DNA of 64,000 bases, from the NCBI GenBank assembly GCA_963736705.1, contig CAVTPV010000001.1:485232-549231 (forward strand), read 5' to 3'. Origin of the DNA: an uncultured Actinomycetota bacterium. Lineage in GTDB: Bacteria; Actinomycetota; Thermoleophilia; RBG-16-64-13. Below, in pieces: positions 18,843 through 29,249 of the stretch. Under the pieces are notes generated by a model that was given only the letters and a program-made list of their open reading frames with translations, ran no database searches and was not told the origin of the DNA. Made by a program: the position numbers and the translations under genes. Each line of letters begins with the position of its first letter. Within the stretch, counting starts at the first letter, position 1.

Positions 18843-21263
18843 ATGTACGAGTTCTCTCCCCTAGCTCCGCGGGTGACGGCCATTCGCCAGACCTACCGGG
18901 ACAGCGTGCCCAGCGTCTGCGTGGAACGGTTCGGACTTGTCAGCCGGTTCTATCAGGAACACCCGAACCTGCCGCCCATGATCAAGCGCGCCGAGAACCT
19001 TCGTAACCTGTGTGAGAGCGTCACGGTCTTGGTGAACGAAGACGAGGTCATCGTCGGCGAGGTGGGCTCCCGCTATCGCGCCTCCGCCCTGTTCCCCGAG
19101 TACGGCATCGGTTGGCTTTTCGACGAGATCCGGTCGGGCCACTTCCTCGACCGCGACTTGGACCCCTACGCCATGACTCAGGAAGACATGGAAGCCGTCA
19201 TGCCGTGGGAGGACTTCTGGGCGGTCAACAACCTGAGCGCGTACACCGACGCGGCGCTGCCCCCGGAATTTCACGACATCGTGGGCAACGGCGTGGTGCA
19301 GTTCGGCGTGAAGCACACGGGCGCCGGCCCGGTGGGCCACTTCTGCGCGGGCTACGACAAGCTCATCCGCACGGGCTTCGGCGCCATCAAACGGGAGGCA
19401 CTCGAGAAGATCGACGGTCTGAAGGGCAGGCTCTACGGCGAGGACGCCCTCAAAGAGGAGTTCTACCGCGCCGTCGCCATAACGGCCGACGCCACCATCG
19501 TCCTGGCCGGGCGCTACGCGGCCGAGTGCCGCCGACAGGCTGCCGAGTGCACCGGCGCGGCGCGGCGCGCTGAGTTGCTGACGATGGCCGAAGGGCTGGA
19601 GTGGGTCCCGGAGAACCCGGCACGCAGCTTCCAAGAAGCCGTGCAGTCGATGTACATGTACCAGATCGCCATGTCGCTCGACGGCAATCTGCACGGGCTG
19701 ACGTTCGGCCGGGTGGACCAGTACCTGATCGACTTCTACGAGGCCGACCTGTCCGCCGGGCGGATCACCCGCGAGCGCGCCCAGGAGATCCTCGACCTCT
19801 TCTGTCTCAAGATCGCCGAGATGAACAAGATCTGGCCCTCCTTCGCCACCGAGGCCGCGGGCGGCTACACCAGCGGCCAGCTCATCACCCTGGGTGGGGT
19901 CAAGAAGGACGGCGCCGACGCCACCAACGAGATCACCTACATGCTCCTGGAGTGCGCCCGCCGGCTGCTGCTGCACGATCCGCCCATGTCGCTACGCATC
20001 CACGAAGGCACGCCCGATCTGCTTTGGGACGTGGCGGTGGAGTGCACCAAGGCCTGCGGCGGGGTGCCGACCTTCGAGAGCGACAAGGTCATCATCCCCA
20101 ACATGCTGGACCGAGGCCTGTCACTCGAGTCGGCCCGCAACTACTGCCTCATAGGCTGCGTGGAGCCCGGAGGCTGCGGTGACGACTGGTCGGCCAACGG
20201 CGGACCGGGCCAGGAGAGCTTCTGGCGCATGCCGAGCGCGGTGCTGCTGGCCATCAACGACGGCGTCAACCCCATGCCCCGCTCCGATGGGCTTCCCCAG
20301 ACCCGAACGGGCTTGCCGACGGGCCACCTCTACGAGATGGAGACCTTCGACGAGGTGCTGGCCGCGGTCAAGACGCAGATGGAGTATTTCGTCGACTGGC
20401 AGGTGGCTTTCACCAACGTGCGGGAATCCGTGGCACGGCACTACATGCCTCTGCCGCTGGTCTCGGCCACTTTCGAGGGCTGCATGGAGAGCGGCAGAGA
20501 CGTCATGTGGGGCGGGGCGAAGTACAACGGCACCGGCACAGCCGCCGTGGGGATCGGGACGGCGACGGACAGCCTGGTGGCCATCAAGTACATGGTCTAC
20601 GACAAGAAGCTTGTTTCGGCGCGCGAGTTCTACGACGCGCTCATGGCCGGCTGGGTGGGCCACGAACCGCTGCGGCAGCGGATCATGAAGGAGGTCCCCC
20701 ACTACGGCAACGACCTCGACTACCCCGACGAGCTCGCCGAGTGGATCTCCAAGGTATACACCGACAAGGTGCGGTCGTGCGTGGGCATCCGAGGTAATCA
20801 CTGGTCACCGGGGTTCTACCCCGTCGCCACGCACGTGGCGTGGGGCAGACTGACCTGGGCCACGCCCGACGGCCGCAAGACCGGAGACCCGCTGTCCGAC
20901 GGCATCTCGCCCATCCAGTGCATGGACACGAGCGGTCCGGCGGCCACGCTCAAGTCGGCGCTCCGCGTCGACCACGAGCACTCCGGCAACGGGACGCTGC
21001 TCAACATGAAGTTCCATCCCAAAGCCCTGGAGGGCGGAGGCAAGGGCAAGCTCATCGACCTGATGCGCACCTACTTCGACCTGGGCGGCATGGAGCTGCA
21101 GTTCAACATTGCCAGCGCCGAGATGCTGCGCGACGCCCAGGTGCACCCCGAGGACCATCGCGACCTGGTGGTCCGCATCGCCGGGTTCAGCGCGTACTTC
21201 GTGGAACTGCACAAGAACCTGCAGAACGACGTCATCAGGCGGACCGAGCTCGACCTGGCGTAG
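18843..21263 (+). CDS. glycyl radical enzyme, PFL2/eliminase-decarboxylase-like clade, substrate unknown
   Basis: Met at 18843 (MYEFSPLAPRV). Cys loop IGCVEPGG. Glycine-radical motif RIAGFSAYF near the C-terminus. 806 aa, uninterrupted. No PFL-type CC pair. Confidence 0.9.
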   Translation: MYEFSPLAPRVTAIRQTYRDSVPSVCVERFGLVSRFYQEHPNLPPMIKRAENLRNLCESVTVLVNEDEVIVGEVGSRYRASALFPEYGIGWLFDEIRSGHFLDRDLDPYAMTQEDMEAVMPWEDFWAVNNLSAYTDAALPPEFHDIVGNGVVQFGVKHTGAGPVGHFCAGYDKLIRTGFGAIKREALEKIDGLKGRLYGEDALKEEFYRAVAITADATIVLAGRYAAECRRQAAECTGAARRAELLTMAEGLEWVPENPARSFQEAVQSMYMYQIAMSLDGNLHGLTFGRVDQYLIDFYEADLSAGRITRERAQEILDLFCLKIAEMNKIWPSFATEAAGGYTSGQLITLGGVKKDGADATNEITYMLLECARRLLLHDPPMSLRIHEGTPDLLWDVAVECTKACGGVPTFESDKVIIPNMLDRGLSLESARNYCLIGCVEPGGCGDDWSANGGPGQESFWRMPSAVLLAINDGVNPMPRSDGLPQTRTGLPTGHLYEMETFDEVLAAVKTQMEYFVDWQVAFTNVRESVARHYMPLPLVSATFEGCMESGRDVMWGGAKYNGTGTAAVGIGTATDSLVAIKYMVYDKKLVSAREFYDALMAGWVGHEPLRQRIMKEVPHYGNDLDYPDELAEWISKVYTDKVRSCVGIRGNHWSPGFYPVATHVAWGRLTWATPDGRKTGDPLSDGISPIQCMDTSGPAATLKSALRVDHEHSGNGTLLNMKFHPKALEGGGKGKLIDLMRTYFDLGGMELQFNIASAEMLRDAQVHPEDHRDLVVRIAGFSAYFVELHKNLQNDVIRRTELDLA

Positions 21264-23063
21264 CCTCCCCGCGCGGCGCCCGTGTCGGCCCGGCGGCGCA
21301 GCGCAGCCGCCGCCCCGCTAGATGGTCGGGTACCCCTCCGGCGCCGGCTGCGGCCGGCCCGGACCCGGCATGATGGGCGTGCTGGCGTGCTTCTCGCCGC
21401 TTCTCCCACTCCTCCGGGATCCAGTTGTACTGGCGGTCGCCGATGTAGTTGGGGTCGTAGCGCTCGCGGATGCCGCGCTGGAAGACGTAGGTCCAGGGCT
21501 GCTTGGCTTTGGACCATTTGTCGAAGGCCTGCTCGTCGGTGTAGCGCATCTCTATGTAGAGGGCTTCCTTGCCGGGCGGGTAGTTGATGGTCTTGGCGTC
21601 CTCGACCGCGTCGTCCATGTGATACCAGGCGGCCCGGGTGGAGTCGCGATCCGCTCCGTCGTAGGAGACGAACTGCTCCAGGCCCATGATGCCGCCGCCC
21701 GGGTAGGCGCCCACGGTGCCCATCATGGAGTCGCCGCCGGCCTGCACGAGAAGGCCGTTGCGGTAGTCACGCTCGTAACCGGCCGCCGCCACGGGGATGT
21801 ATCCCTTGACCCAGTCGGGGGTGCCCGCCTGCATCCAACTTCCGATGTAGTTGCCGGCGTAGACGTAGTTGATCTCTTTGTGGCCCAGCCGGTTCATGTA
21901 CATGTTGGTGAACTCGGACATCTCGGGCGTGCAGTACTTCTCGACCTTCCAGCCGCCCACTTCCTCGAGGATCTTGTCGAGCACCTTGTCCTGGAGTTCG
22001 ATGTCGGCCTCGCTGCGCCCGGCCATGACGATCTGCAGGGAGATGCGCATCTCCTCGCGGAGTTCGTCCATGCCCGGCTGCGCCATGATCTCCGGGAGGT
22101 CGCTGAGCTGCTTGGTGGCGTCGTTGTACATGAGCCAGAACGCCGGGGCCAGCTCGGCGCCGGCCAGGTTGTACTGGCGGTGCAGCGTGTAGCCGATCTC
22201 GTTGTCGTAGATCTTGTAGTAGAGGTCGGTCCAGGCGTCCCAGTCGGGGACGGCCACGGTGTAGACCCGGAAGGTGTCGTCGATGGGCAGGCGGTAGGCC
22301 GGCACGGTGCCCTGCACGTCCCAGTCGGTGGAGCCGGGCCAATGGGCCAGGCGGATGGCGCACTTGGTGTAGACGCCCATGCCGCCGCGGCTGCCGAGGG
22401 TGCCGCGCATGATGCCGCGCACGCTGACGGGCCGGGGCCTTCGCTGAAGAACCAGCCGTCGCCGGAGCCGAGCGAGCCGTTGCGGACGATCTCGCCGCTG
22501 GGGGTGACCCATTCCATCCCGAGGACGTTCTCGGCGTTGCCGCCCATCCACATGGTGCCGGCCCCGATGCCCGAGTAGGCGCAGGTGGAGGCGACCACCG
22601 AGCAGGACGAGCCGGCGCCGATGATGTTGCAGCTCCAACCCCGCTTGATGGCCTCGGCGTGCAGCTGCGCGTGGATGACGTACGGCCCCACGATGGCGAT
22701 GCCGTTCTTCTCGTCGATCTCGATGTCGTTCATGCGGCGCATGTCGAGCTGGACGGTGTCTTTCTCGTCGCCGTAGCGGGTGCCCGGGTCGTACATCGGC
22801 GAGGCCCAGTGGTACCAGCCGGTGCCGTGCGGCTTGACCCCGAAGTTGTACTTGTTGGCCGCCTTGACGATGGCCTGCACCTCTTCGGTGGAGCCCGGCA
22901 TGGCGATGGCTCCGGCGCGGGGCATGTAGTGGCTGGCGTTGGGCCGCACCAGCTCGACCAGCATCTGCAGGGCATACCCGTCGAGGATGGCCGGGTCGCG
23001 GGTGACGTTCCGTTCGCCCACGATGGCCTGGAGGGCTTCGTACGCTTCATTTGAAAGTGCCAT
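21235..23063 (-). pseudogene. FAD-binding (PCMH/VAO-GlcD-type) oxidoreductase, frame break near 22430; 3' end ambiguous
   Basis: N-terminal part in ORF 21894..23063 (MALSNEAYEALQAIVGERNVT...); the rest in ORF 21235..22638. An alternative frame gives ...EKHASTPIMPGPGRPQPAPEGYPTI with a stop at 21318-21320. Confidence 0.7.
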
Positions 23064-23075
23064 GGTCCCTCCTTC

Positions 23076-24384
23076 CTACAGAGCCTGCTCGACGAGCTCG
23101 AGCACGTCGATGGCCTTCATGGTGGTACCGTCGCCCGCCTTCGCGCTGCCCAGGATGCGGTTGCAGCTGGAGCACGCGGTGGCGATGGCCTCGGCGCCGG
23201 TGGACTTGGCTTCGTCCAAGCGTTTGGAGGCGGTGAAGTCGGCGAAGTCCGGATACGCCTGCGGGACGGCGCCGCCGCCGCCGCAACACCAGGCCGCTTC
23301 CTTGGTGCGCTCCATCTCCACCAGTTCCAGGCCGGGGATGGCTTTGAGCACGTCACGCGGCGGCTCGTAGACGCCGAAGGCGCCGTTGTAGCGGGGGCGC
23401 GGGGGATCGTAGACGACGGCCTGGCCGAAGATCTTGGCTTCCTCGCCGTCCCAGGGGACGTGGTCCTCGCCCTGGCGGCCGAGGTGGCAGGGGTCGTGAT
23501 AGGTGACCTTCATGTTCACCGGCTTGGTGAGCTTGAGCGAGCCCTCCTTGATGAGCCTGTCGGCCACCTGGGTGGTGTGCAGCACTTCGATGTCGTAGCG
23601 CGTCGCCGGCCACCTGGGGATAGAGGCGCTTGAAGGTCCAGAAGCAGGTGGCGCAGGGGGTGACGATGGTCTTGACGCCGGCCGCCGCCCACTTCTCGAG
23701 GTTGGCCTTGGCGGCCGCTGCGAAGTCGTCGCGGTAGCCCATGTCGTAGGCCTTGCCGCCGCAGCAGCCCTCGTCGCTGTCGATGGCGAAGTCCAGGCCG
23801 CCCTTGGCCAGCACCCGCGCGGAGGCCTGCACGACGTTGCGCAAGGCCGGGTTGAACGAGTAGAGGCAGCCGGCGTGGAACAGGACGTCGGTCTTGGCGA
23901 CGGTGTCGGGGCCGGCCGCCGCACCGGGGGCCGCCAGCTTCTTGAGGCCCAGTCCGTCGGACCAGTCGGCGCGTTTGGCCTGCGGGGCGCCGGCCATGTT
24001 GCCGGAGTCGCGCAGCTTGGCGATGACGCCGGGGTAGGCCGGCGGGACGACGCCCTGCTGGTTGAGGTGATACCGGAACTCCCGGGCCCCGTCGAGGATC
24101 CACATGTCGTAGCGGCATACCTTGCAGCTGACGTCGCAGTTGCCGCAGAGCGTGCATTCGTAGACGACGTCCACCAGTTCGTCGGTGATCTCGCTGCGCC
24201 CGTCGGTGAGCGACAGCAGGGCGACCATGCGGCCACCACCGGAATACGCGTGGAAGTGCCGGTAGTCGACACTCGGGCATCCCTTGGCGAACTCATGGCT
24301 GGTGATGCGGTCCTGCGGGATCCATTTGCAGTACGAGCAGCGGTTGCACCGCATCGCTACCGCTCGATAATCATCAAGTGCCAT
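23076..24384 (-). pseudogene. (Fe-S)-binding oxidoreductase with two CCG domains (GlcF/HdrD-like), frame break near 23600
   Basis: CNRCSYCKWIP and CTLCGNCDVSC cluster motifs. CCG motifs DEGCCGGKAY and AAWCCGGGG. Pieces in ORFs 23353..24384 and 23076..24296. Confidence 0.75.
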
Positions 24385-24409
24385 CGTGGCTACTCCTCTT
24401 CTCCGCGCC

Positions 24410-25907
24410 TCAGAAGCAGAGCTTGCTGGGGTTGAGCACGTTGTTGGGGTCGACGATCTTCTTGACCGTGCGCAGGGCGTCGCGGCCGGCCGCGTCCCGG
24501 TTGTAGACCGGGCCGGCCCACTCGCCGTAGGGGCGGGAGAAGTAGGCGCCGTCGTCGATCAGCCGCATGCTGGTGGCGGAGAAGAGCGCGCGGGCCTTGT
24601 CGGCGTCGCGCTTGTCGTCCTTCGCGTACGGCAGGCTGAATTCCATGTGATAGGCCACGCCCTGGTGCTGCGGCTGCAGGTACACGCCCACGTCGCCCAC
24701 CGGGTACTTGTGGCCCACAGCCGCGTCGAGCATGGTGGCCAGGTAGCCCGGCGCCTTGTCGAGCGGGGTGTGGAAAAGGATGTCGGCCACGCCGCCCTTG
24801 GCGCGCAGCTTCCAGTGAGCGGCGCCGTCGCCGGCGGCCGCCCCGTCGTACATCCCGAACACGACCTCTTCCACGCGGGAGGTGGCCAGGCCGGGGAGAG
24901 CCGTCAGCAGTTGCTTGCCGTAGGTCGCGGCCGCCTCGGCGATGTCTTTCTCGGCCACCGCCATGCGGTCTTCGGGGAACAGCGCCCGGCCGCCCACGCC
25001 CATGACCAGGACCCAGGCGGGCAGCGCTTCCCGGAGCGCGGCGACGTCCGCGGCATCCTTGCCGGTGAGGGCCGCCAGATAGGCGCCATTGACGATGAAG
25101 ATCTCATCGGCCACCCGGATGCGGACGACGCGGTACGTCAGTTCGACCAGGTCGTCCAGCTTGGTGGCCGCCACGAAGAGCAGCTTCTTGGGATCGGCGA
25201 GCAGTTCGCACTTGACCGACGCCCAGGTGACGATGCCGTACGAGCCCTGCGCCCCGGTGAGCAGGCGGTAGAAGTCGGTCTGCGCCGGACCCTTGGGGTC
25301 GACCTGCCGGCCGCCGGACGACCATTGCGCTTCCAGGTCCGCCGGGCCCCAGCCCGCGTCGCCGGTGAAGAACCGCTGGCCGCTGCCCCAGATGACCCCG
25401 CAGTTGCGGAGCGGCTCGGGGATAGAGTAGTTGTACCGAGTGATGAGGGTGGGCTGCCGCTCGAGCAGGCTGCCGATGACCGACTTGTTGGCCCGCGGGT
25501 AGAGGGGCGGGGTCACGCGCATGCCCTCTTTGGCCAGTTCGGCCTGAAGTTGCGCGTAGGTGACGCCCGGTTCGATGACCACCATGCGGTTCCGCCGGTC
25601 GACGCGCAGGATCTTGTTCATGCGGCTGAGATCGACCATGACGGCGCCGGGGACGCTCGGGACGGTATCGCCGTGGAAGTGGGGAGCGCCGGAGCTCACC
25701 GGGATCAGCGCGCGTGCCGGTCTGATTGGCCCAGACCACGAGAGCCTGTACCTCTGCTTCGTTCGCCGGCCGGACCACCAGTCTGGGCTTGATGGAAAGG
25801 ACGAAGCTCTCGTCCTTCGCATAAGCTTCGGTAATCACCGGATCATCGAGGACGTTACCCTCCCCGACGAGACCGATGAGGTCCTGTTTGATGCCTTCCA
25901 CGTTCAC
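24410..25907 (-). pseudogene. FAD-binding (GlcD/GlcE-like) oxidoreductase, frame break near 25700
   Basis: N-terminus in ORF 25104..25907 (MNVEGIKQDLIGLVGEGNV...VVRPANEAEVQALV); the rest in ORF 24410..25822, ending ...KKIVDPNNVLNPSKLCF. Confidence 0.75.
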
Positions 25908-26100
25908 TGACCGCCTTTCGCTATCACTCCGGCGAACCGCTGTTGCAGGTAAAAGCCGCTCGGACCGAGCCAGCAGATATCACTATAGACCCGCCGTGCG
26001 GAGAACACCGCCCCCGCCAAAGAGTTTGCATCACTGGTAGCAGGTATTACTCAGTTGCATGGCTGCAGCCGCGCAAGAGCCACAGCCGCGGCCGCGCCTA

Positions 26101-27198
26101 CTACATCAACAGCACGGGCTTGACGGTCTTGCCGGCAGCCGATTCGGCCCAAGCCTCGTTGATCTGCTCGAAGGCGAACGTCTTCACCAGACGATCCACC
26201 GGGAAGCGGCCGATCTTGTACCACTCGATCATCTGCGGGATGAAGAGCCGCGGCGTCGACGATCCCGCCAGGATGAACTGGATGCGGATGCCCTTCGGGA
26301 ACGACACGGTGGGGATGGAGAGATCGGGCTGCTCCGGCTCGGGTACGGCCAGCACGCCGAAGATGCCACCGCTCCCCAAGCACTTGAGGGCCGTGGAGAT
26401 GGAACTCTGCTTGGCGGAGGTGTCGATGGCGTACTTGAATCCGGCGGGCCGCAGTTCGGCCAGCCGGGCGACCACGTCGTCTTCGCGGGCGTTGAAGGCA
26501 TGGGTGGCGCCGAGTTCTTTGGCGAGTTCCAGACGGGCCGGGTGCACGTCGATGGCAACGAGCGGGTTCGCCCCGGAGATCTTCGCTGCCATTATGGCGC
26601 TCAGCCCGACCGCCCCCGCCCCGAACACCACCAGGTCGTCCTTGGGCCCGACCGCGAACGCGTTGATGACGGCGCCCGCGCCGGTCATGATGCCGCAGGG
26701 CATCGCCGCCCGCACTTGGGCCGGGATGCTGTCGTCGACCTTCACCAGGCTGCTGACCGGAGCGATCGCGTGGGTGGCGAACGAGGACTGCTGGAAGTAG
26801 GAGCCGTGGATGGGCTGGCCCTTGAGCTTGATGGTCTGGGTGCCGTCCGCACGGCGGCCGCCGAAGTTCAGCGGGAACTGCATCTCGCAGAGGTCGAGCC
26901 GGCCGACCAGGCATTTGGGGCACTTGCCGCACGTGGGCCAGGAGATGATCACCCGGTCGCCCGGCTTGACGAAGTCCACGCCGGGGGCCACTTCCTCCAC
27001 GATGCCGGTGCCCTCATGGCCGACTACCGCGGGCATGCCGAGGAGCGGCTGCATATTCATGTCGGTGTGACACACGCCCACCGCTTCGATCTTGACGTAG
27101 GCCTCACCGGAATGGAGGTCGTCGAGTTCGACGTCCTCGATGGTGAACGCGCCTTCCGGCTCGTAGACGACCGCGGCTCTCGCCTTCTTGCTCATCAA
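26101..27198 (-). CDS. zinc-dependent alcohol dehydrogenase (aryl-alcohol-DH-like)
   Basis: GVCHTD, GHEGTGIVEEV, structural-zinc CGKCPKC, and the GAGAVG dinucleotide fold. 365 aa. Confidence 0.85.
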   Translation of the reverse strand: MMSKKARAAVVYEPEGAFTIEDVELDDLHSGEAYVKIEAVGVCHTDMNMQPLLGMPAVVGHEGTGIVEEVAPGVDFVKPGDRVIISWPTCGKCPKCLVGRLDLCEMQFPLNFGGRRADGTQTIKLKGQPIHGSYFQQSSFATHAIAPVSSLVKVDDSIPAQVRAAMPCGIMTGAGAVINAFAVGPKDDLVVFGAGAVGLSAIMAAKISGANPLVAIDVHPARLELAKELGATHAFNAREDDVVARLAELRPAGFKYAIDTSAKQSSISTALKCLGSGGIFGVLAVPEPEQPDLSIPTVSFPKGIRIQFILAGSSTPRLFIPQMIEWYKIGRFPVDRLVKTFAFEQINEAWAESAAGKTVKPVLLM

Positions 27199-27331
27199 CG
27201 TCCTCCAGTCATTTCCTCAGCCCTCAGGGAGGTCTATGCCTCCGGCGCACCCTTCCAGCTTACTCAAGCACGCACTCGCGAGCAATCGCAGGAAGGGTCG
27301 CGGGGCTCCCTTTGCATCGCTCCCATTTTCC

Positions 27332-27346
27332 ATTACTATCCGTAAT
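27332..27346. promoter_or_regulatory. LysR-type T-N11-A dyad (ATTAC-N5-GTAAT)
   Basis: ATTACTATCCGTAAT ends 3 nt before the lysR ATG. The AT-rich patch contains TACTAT as a -10 candidate, implying a near-leaderless transcript. Confidence 0.35.
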
Positions 27347-27349
27347 GCA

Positions 27350-28246
27350 ATGGAACTGGACCAGCTCAGATCGTTCGTCGCTGTCGCCGAAGTGCGCAGT
27401 TTTACCCGCGCCGCGTCGCTGGCGCACCTCACCCAACCGGCGATAAGCAGACAAATCGCCCGTTTGGAGGGAGAACTCGGCGTCCGGCTGTTCGAGCGCT
27501 ACGGCCGCCGGGTGGAATGCACCCCCGACGGCAAACTTCTGCTCCCGCTGGCCAAGGCGATCGTGGCCCGGGCGGACGACGCCACTCGCATGATGCGCGA
27601 ACATGCCGGCATGGTCTCCAGCCGGGTGCGGGTGGGATCCACCGGCACGGTCTTCGGCTATCTCCTCTCGCCGGTGCTCGCTTCGTTCATCAAGACGTAT
27701 CCCAAGATCCATCTGGACCTCATCGAGCGGGACGACACGCTGCTCGAAGAAGGGGTCTTCAACGGCGAACTCGACTGCGCCATCATCACGGCGTGGGGGT
27801 CGTCCCGCGCCGCGGTCATGCACCTGGTGACCGAGGAGATCCTGCTGGTGGTCCGCGGCGATCACCCGCTGGCGGCCGAGAAGGTCGTCTCCCTGGCGGA
27901 CCTGGCCGAAGAGCCGTTCCTCTTGCCCGGGCATTCGCTCAACACATCCAACCTGCTCATGGACGCCTGCCGCCGGGCGGGCTTCGAGCCGAAGGTCCCC
28001 TACCGGGCCAACTACCTGGAGCTCTCCAAGGCTCTGGTGCGGCAGGGCCTGGGCATCGCCCTGCTCCCCAAGATGTTCGTGGGCCCGGGCACCATCGACG
28101 GGCTGGTGACCATCCCGCTCAAGGAGCACATCACCCGGGACCTGGACCTCATCTACTCCAACGAGCGGCCCCTGCCCGTGGCAGCCCGCTCGCTGGCTCT
28201 GCATATCCGAGCCAACCTGCAAGAGGCGCACGGGGTGGAGGGCTAG
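27350..28246 (+). CDS. LysR-family transcriptional regulator
   Basis: MELDQLRSFVAVAEVRSFTRAASLAHLTQPAISRQIARLE is the canonical LysR HTH. 298 aa. Divergent from the ADH gene. Confidence 0.85.
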   Translation: MELDQLRSFVAVAEVRSFTRAASLAHLTQPAISRQIARLEGELGVRLFERYGRRVECTPDGKLLLPLAKAIVARADDATRMMREHAGMVSSRVRVGSTGTVFGYLLSPVLASFIKTYPKIHLDLIERDDTLLEEGVFNGELDCAIITAWGSSRAAVMHLVTEEILLVVRGDHPLAAEKVVSLADLAEEPFLLPGHSLNTSNLLMDACRRAGFEPKVPYRANYLELSKALVRQGLGIALLPKMFVGPGTIDGLVTIPLKEHITRDLDLIYSNERPLPVAARSLALHIRANLQEAHGVEG

Positions 28247-28327
28247 AAAGAAGGGCGGGACCTTTCGGCCCCGCCCGCTCGCATCGCAGACTTCTATCTC
28301 TCGCCTAGCGCGGCGCTACACCACCCA

Positions 28328-29248
28328 CTAGCAGTACAGGCTGCCGCCCAGTTCCTTGTAGATGCGCGGCAGGAACTCGTTCCAGCGCGTGTACTCCTTG
28401 ACGTTGTGCCGGGCCAGACCCTGCACGGCCGCCGCGGGCACAGACACCTTCGGAGGCAGGCAGATCTCGGGCTTGTTCAGCTCGTTGATGCGGTAGCCCA
28501 TCCAGAATCGGGTGCGGTGCCGGAGCCCACCCTCTTCTTTGTAGAACACGTGCACCATCAGCGCCGGGGCGGTGATGGAGTCGTCGCACTTCTGCACCGT
28601 GACCGCCCAGCCCATGCCACCGGCGAAGGTGGCGATGACCTTGTCGAACCTGGCCATGTCGAAGCCCAGGTCGGCGGGGTTGCGGAAGTTGATGTCGATG
28701 TTCTCGTAGCCGCAGTCACAGTTCTCCGTGACGTAGTGCACGACGCCCCAGTTCTTCTCCTTCATGGGGACGGCCGGGTCGAGGATGCGGGCCCGGTCGA
28801 TGGGGCTCAGCATGATGCCGGCATGCTGCGGCGGGTACCAGATGCGGTAGCGCAGGTCCTCCAGCGGATGCCACGCGAACCACCAGTCGATCATCTCGGC
28901 GGTGCTGTTGGGATAGAGGATGCTGTTTGCGATGTAGCCGGCGCCGTTGGGCAGGACGCACCAGCCGATCTCGGTGCTGCTGCGCAGCCAATCCACGTCG
29001 AGGAGCCGGTTGATGTCCTCGGGATAGAAGGCTTCGCTCGGGTCGATGGGCGTGTCCATCTTCGCGTAGTGGGCGGGATCCGGCTGGGGGATCTCGTCGT
29101 AGTAGTACTTGGCGAAGGGCCGGGCCTTCTCTTCTTCGGTGAGTTCGGGCCGCATGGCCTTGAGGACGCTGTCCAGACGGTTCTGGGTGTAGGTCTTCTG
29201 AGCCCTCCACTCGGGCTTGGTCATGTCAGGAGTGATCATGTACGTCAC
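28328..29248 (-). CDS. DAPG/phloretin-hydrolase-like (PhlG-family) C-C hydrolase candidate
   Basis: 306 aa. The segment AEMIDWWFAWHPLED resembles the PhlG-family WWFxWH region as I recall it. The assignment rests on memory only. Confidence 0.5.
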   Translation of the reverse strand: MTYMITPDMTKPEWRAQKTYTQNRLDSVLKAMRPELTEEEKARPFAKYYYDEIPQPDPAHYAKMDTPIDPSEAFYPEDINRLLDVDWLRSSTEIGWCVLPNGAGYIANSILYPNSTAEMIDWWFAWHPLEDLRYRIWYPPQHAGIMLSPIDRARILDPAVPMKEKNWGVVHYVTENCDCGYENIDINFRNPADLGFDMARFDKVIATFAGGMGWAVTVQKCDDSITAPALMVHVFYKEEGGLRHRTRFWMGYRINELNKPEICLPPKVSVPAAAVQGLARHNVKEYTRWNEFLPRIYKELGGSLYC

Positions 29249-29249
29249 C

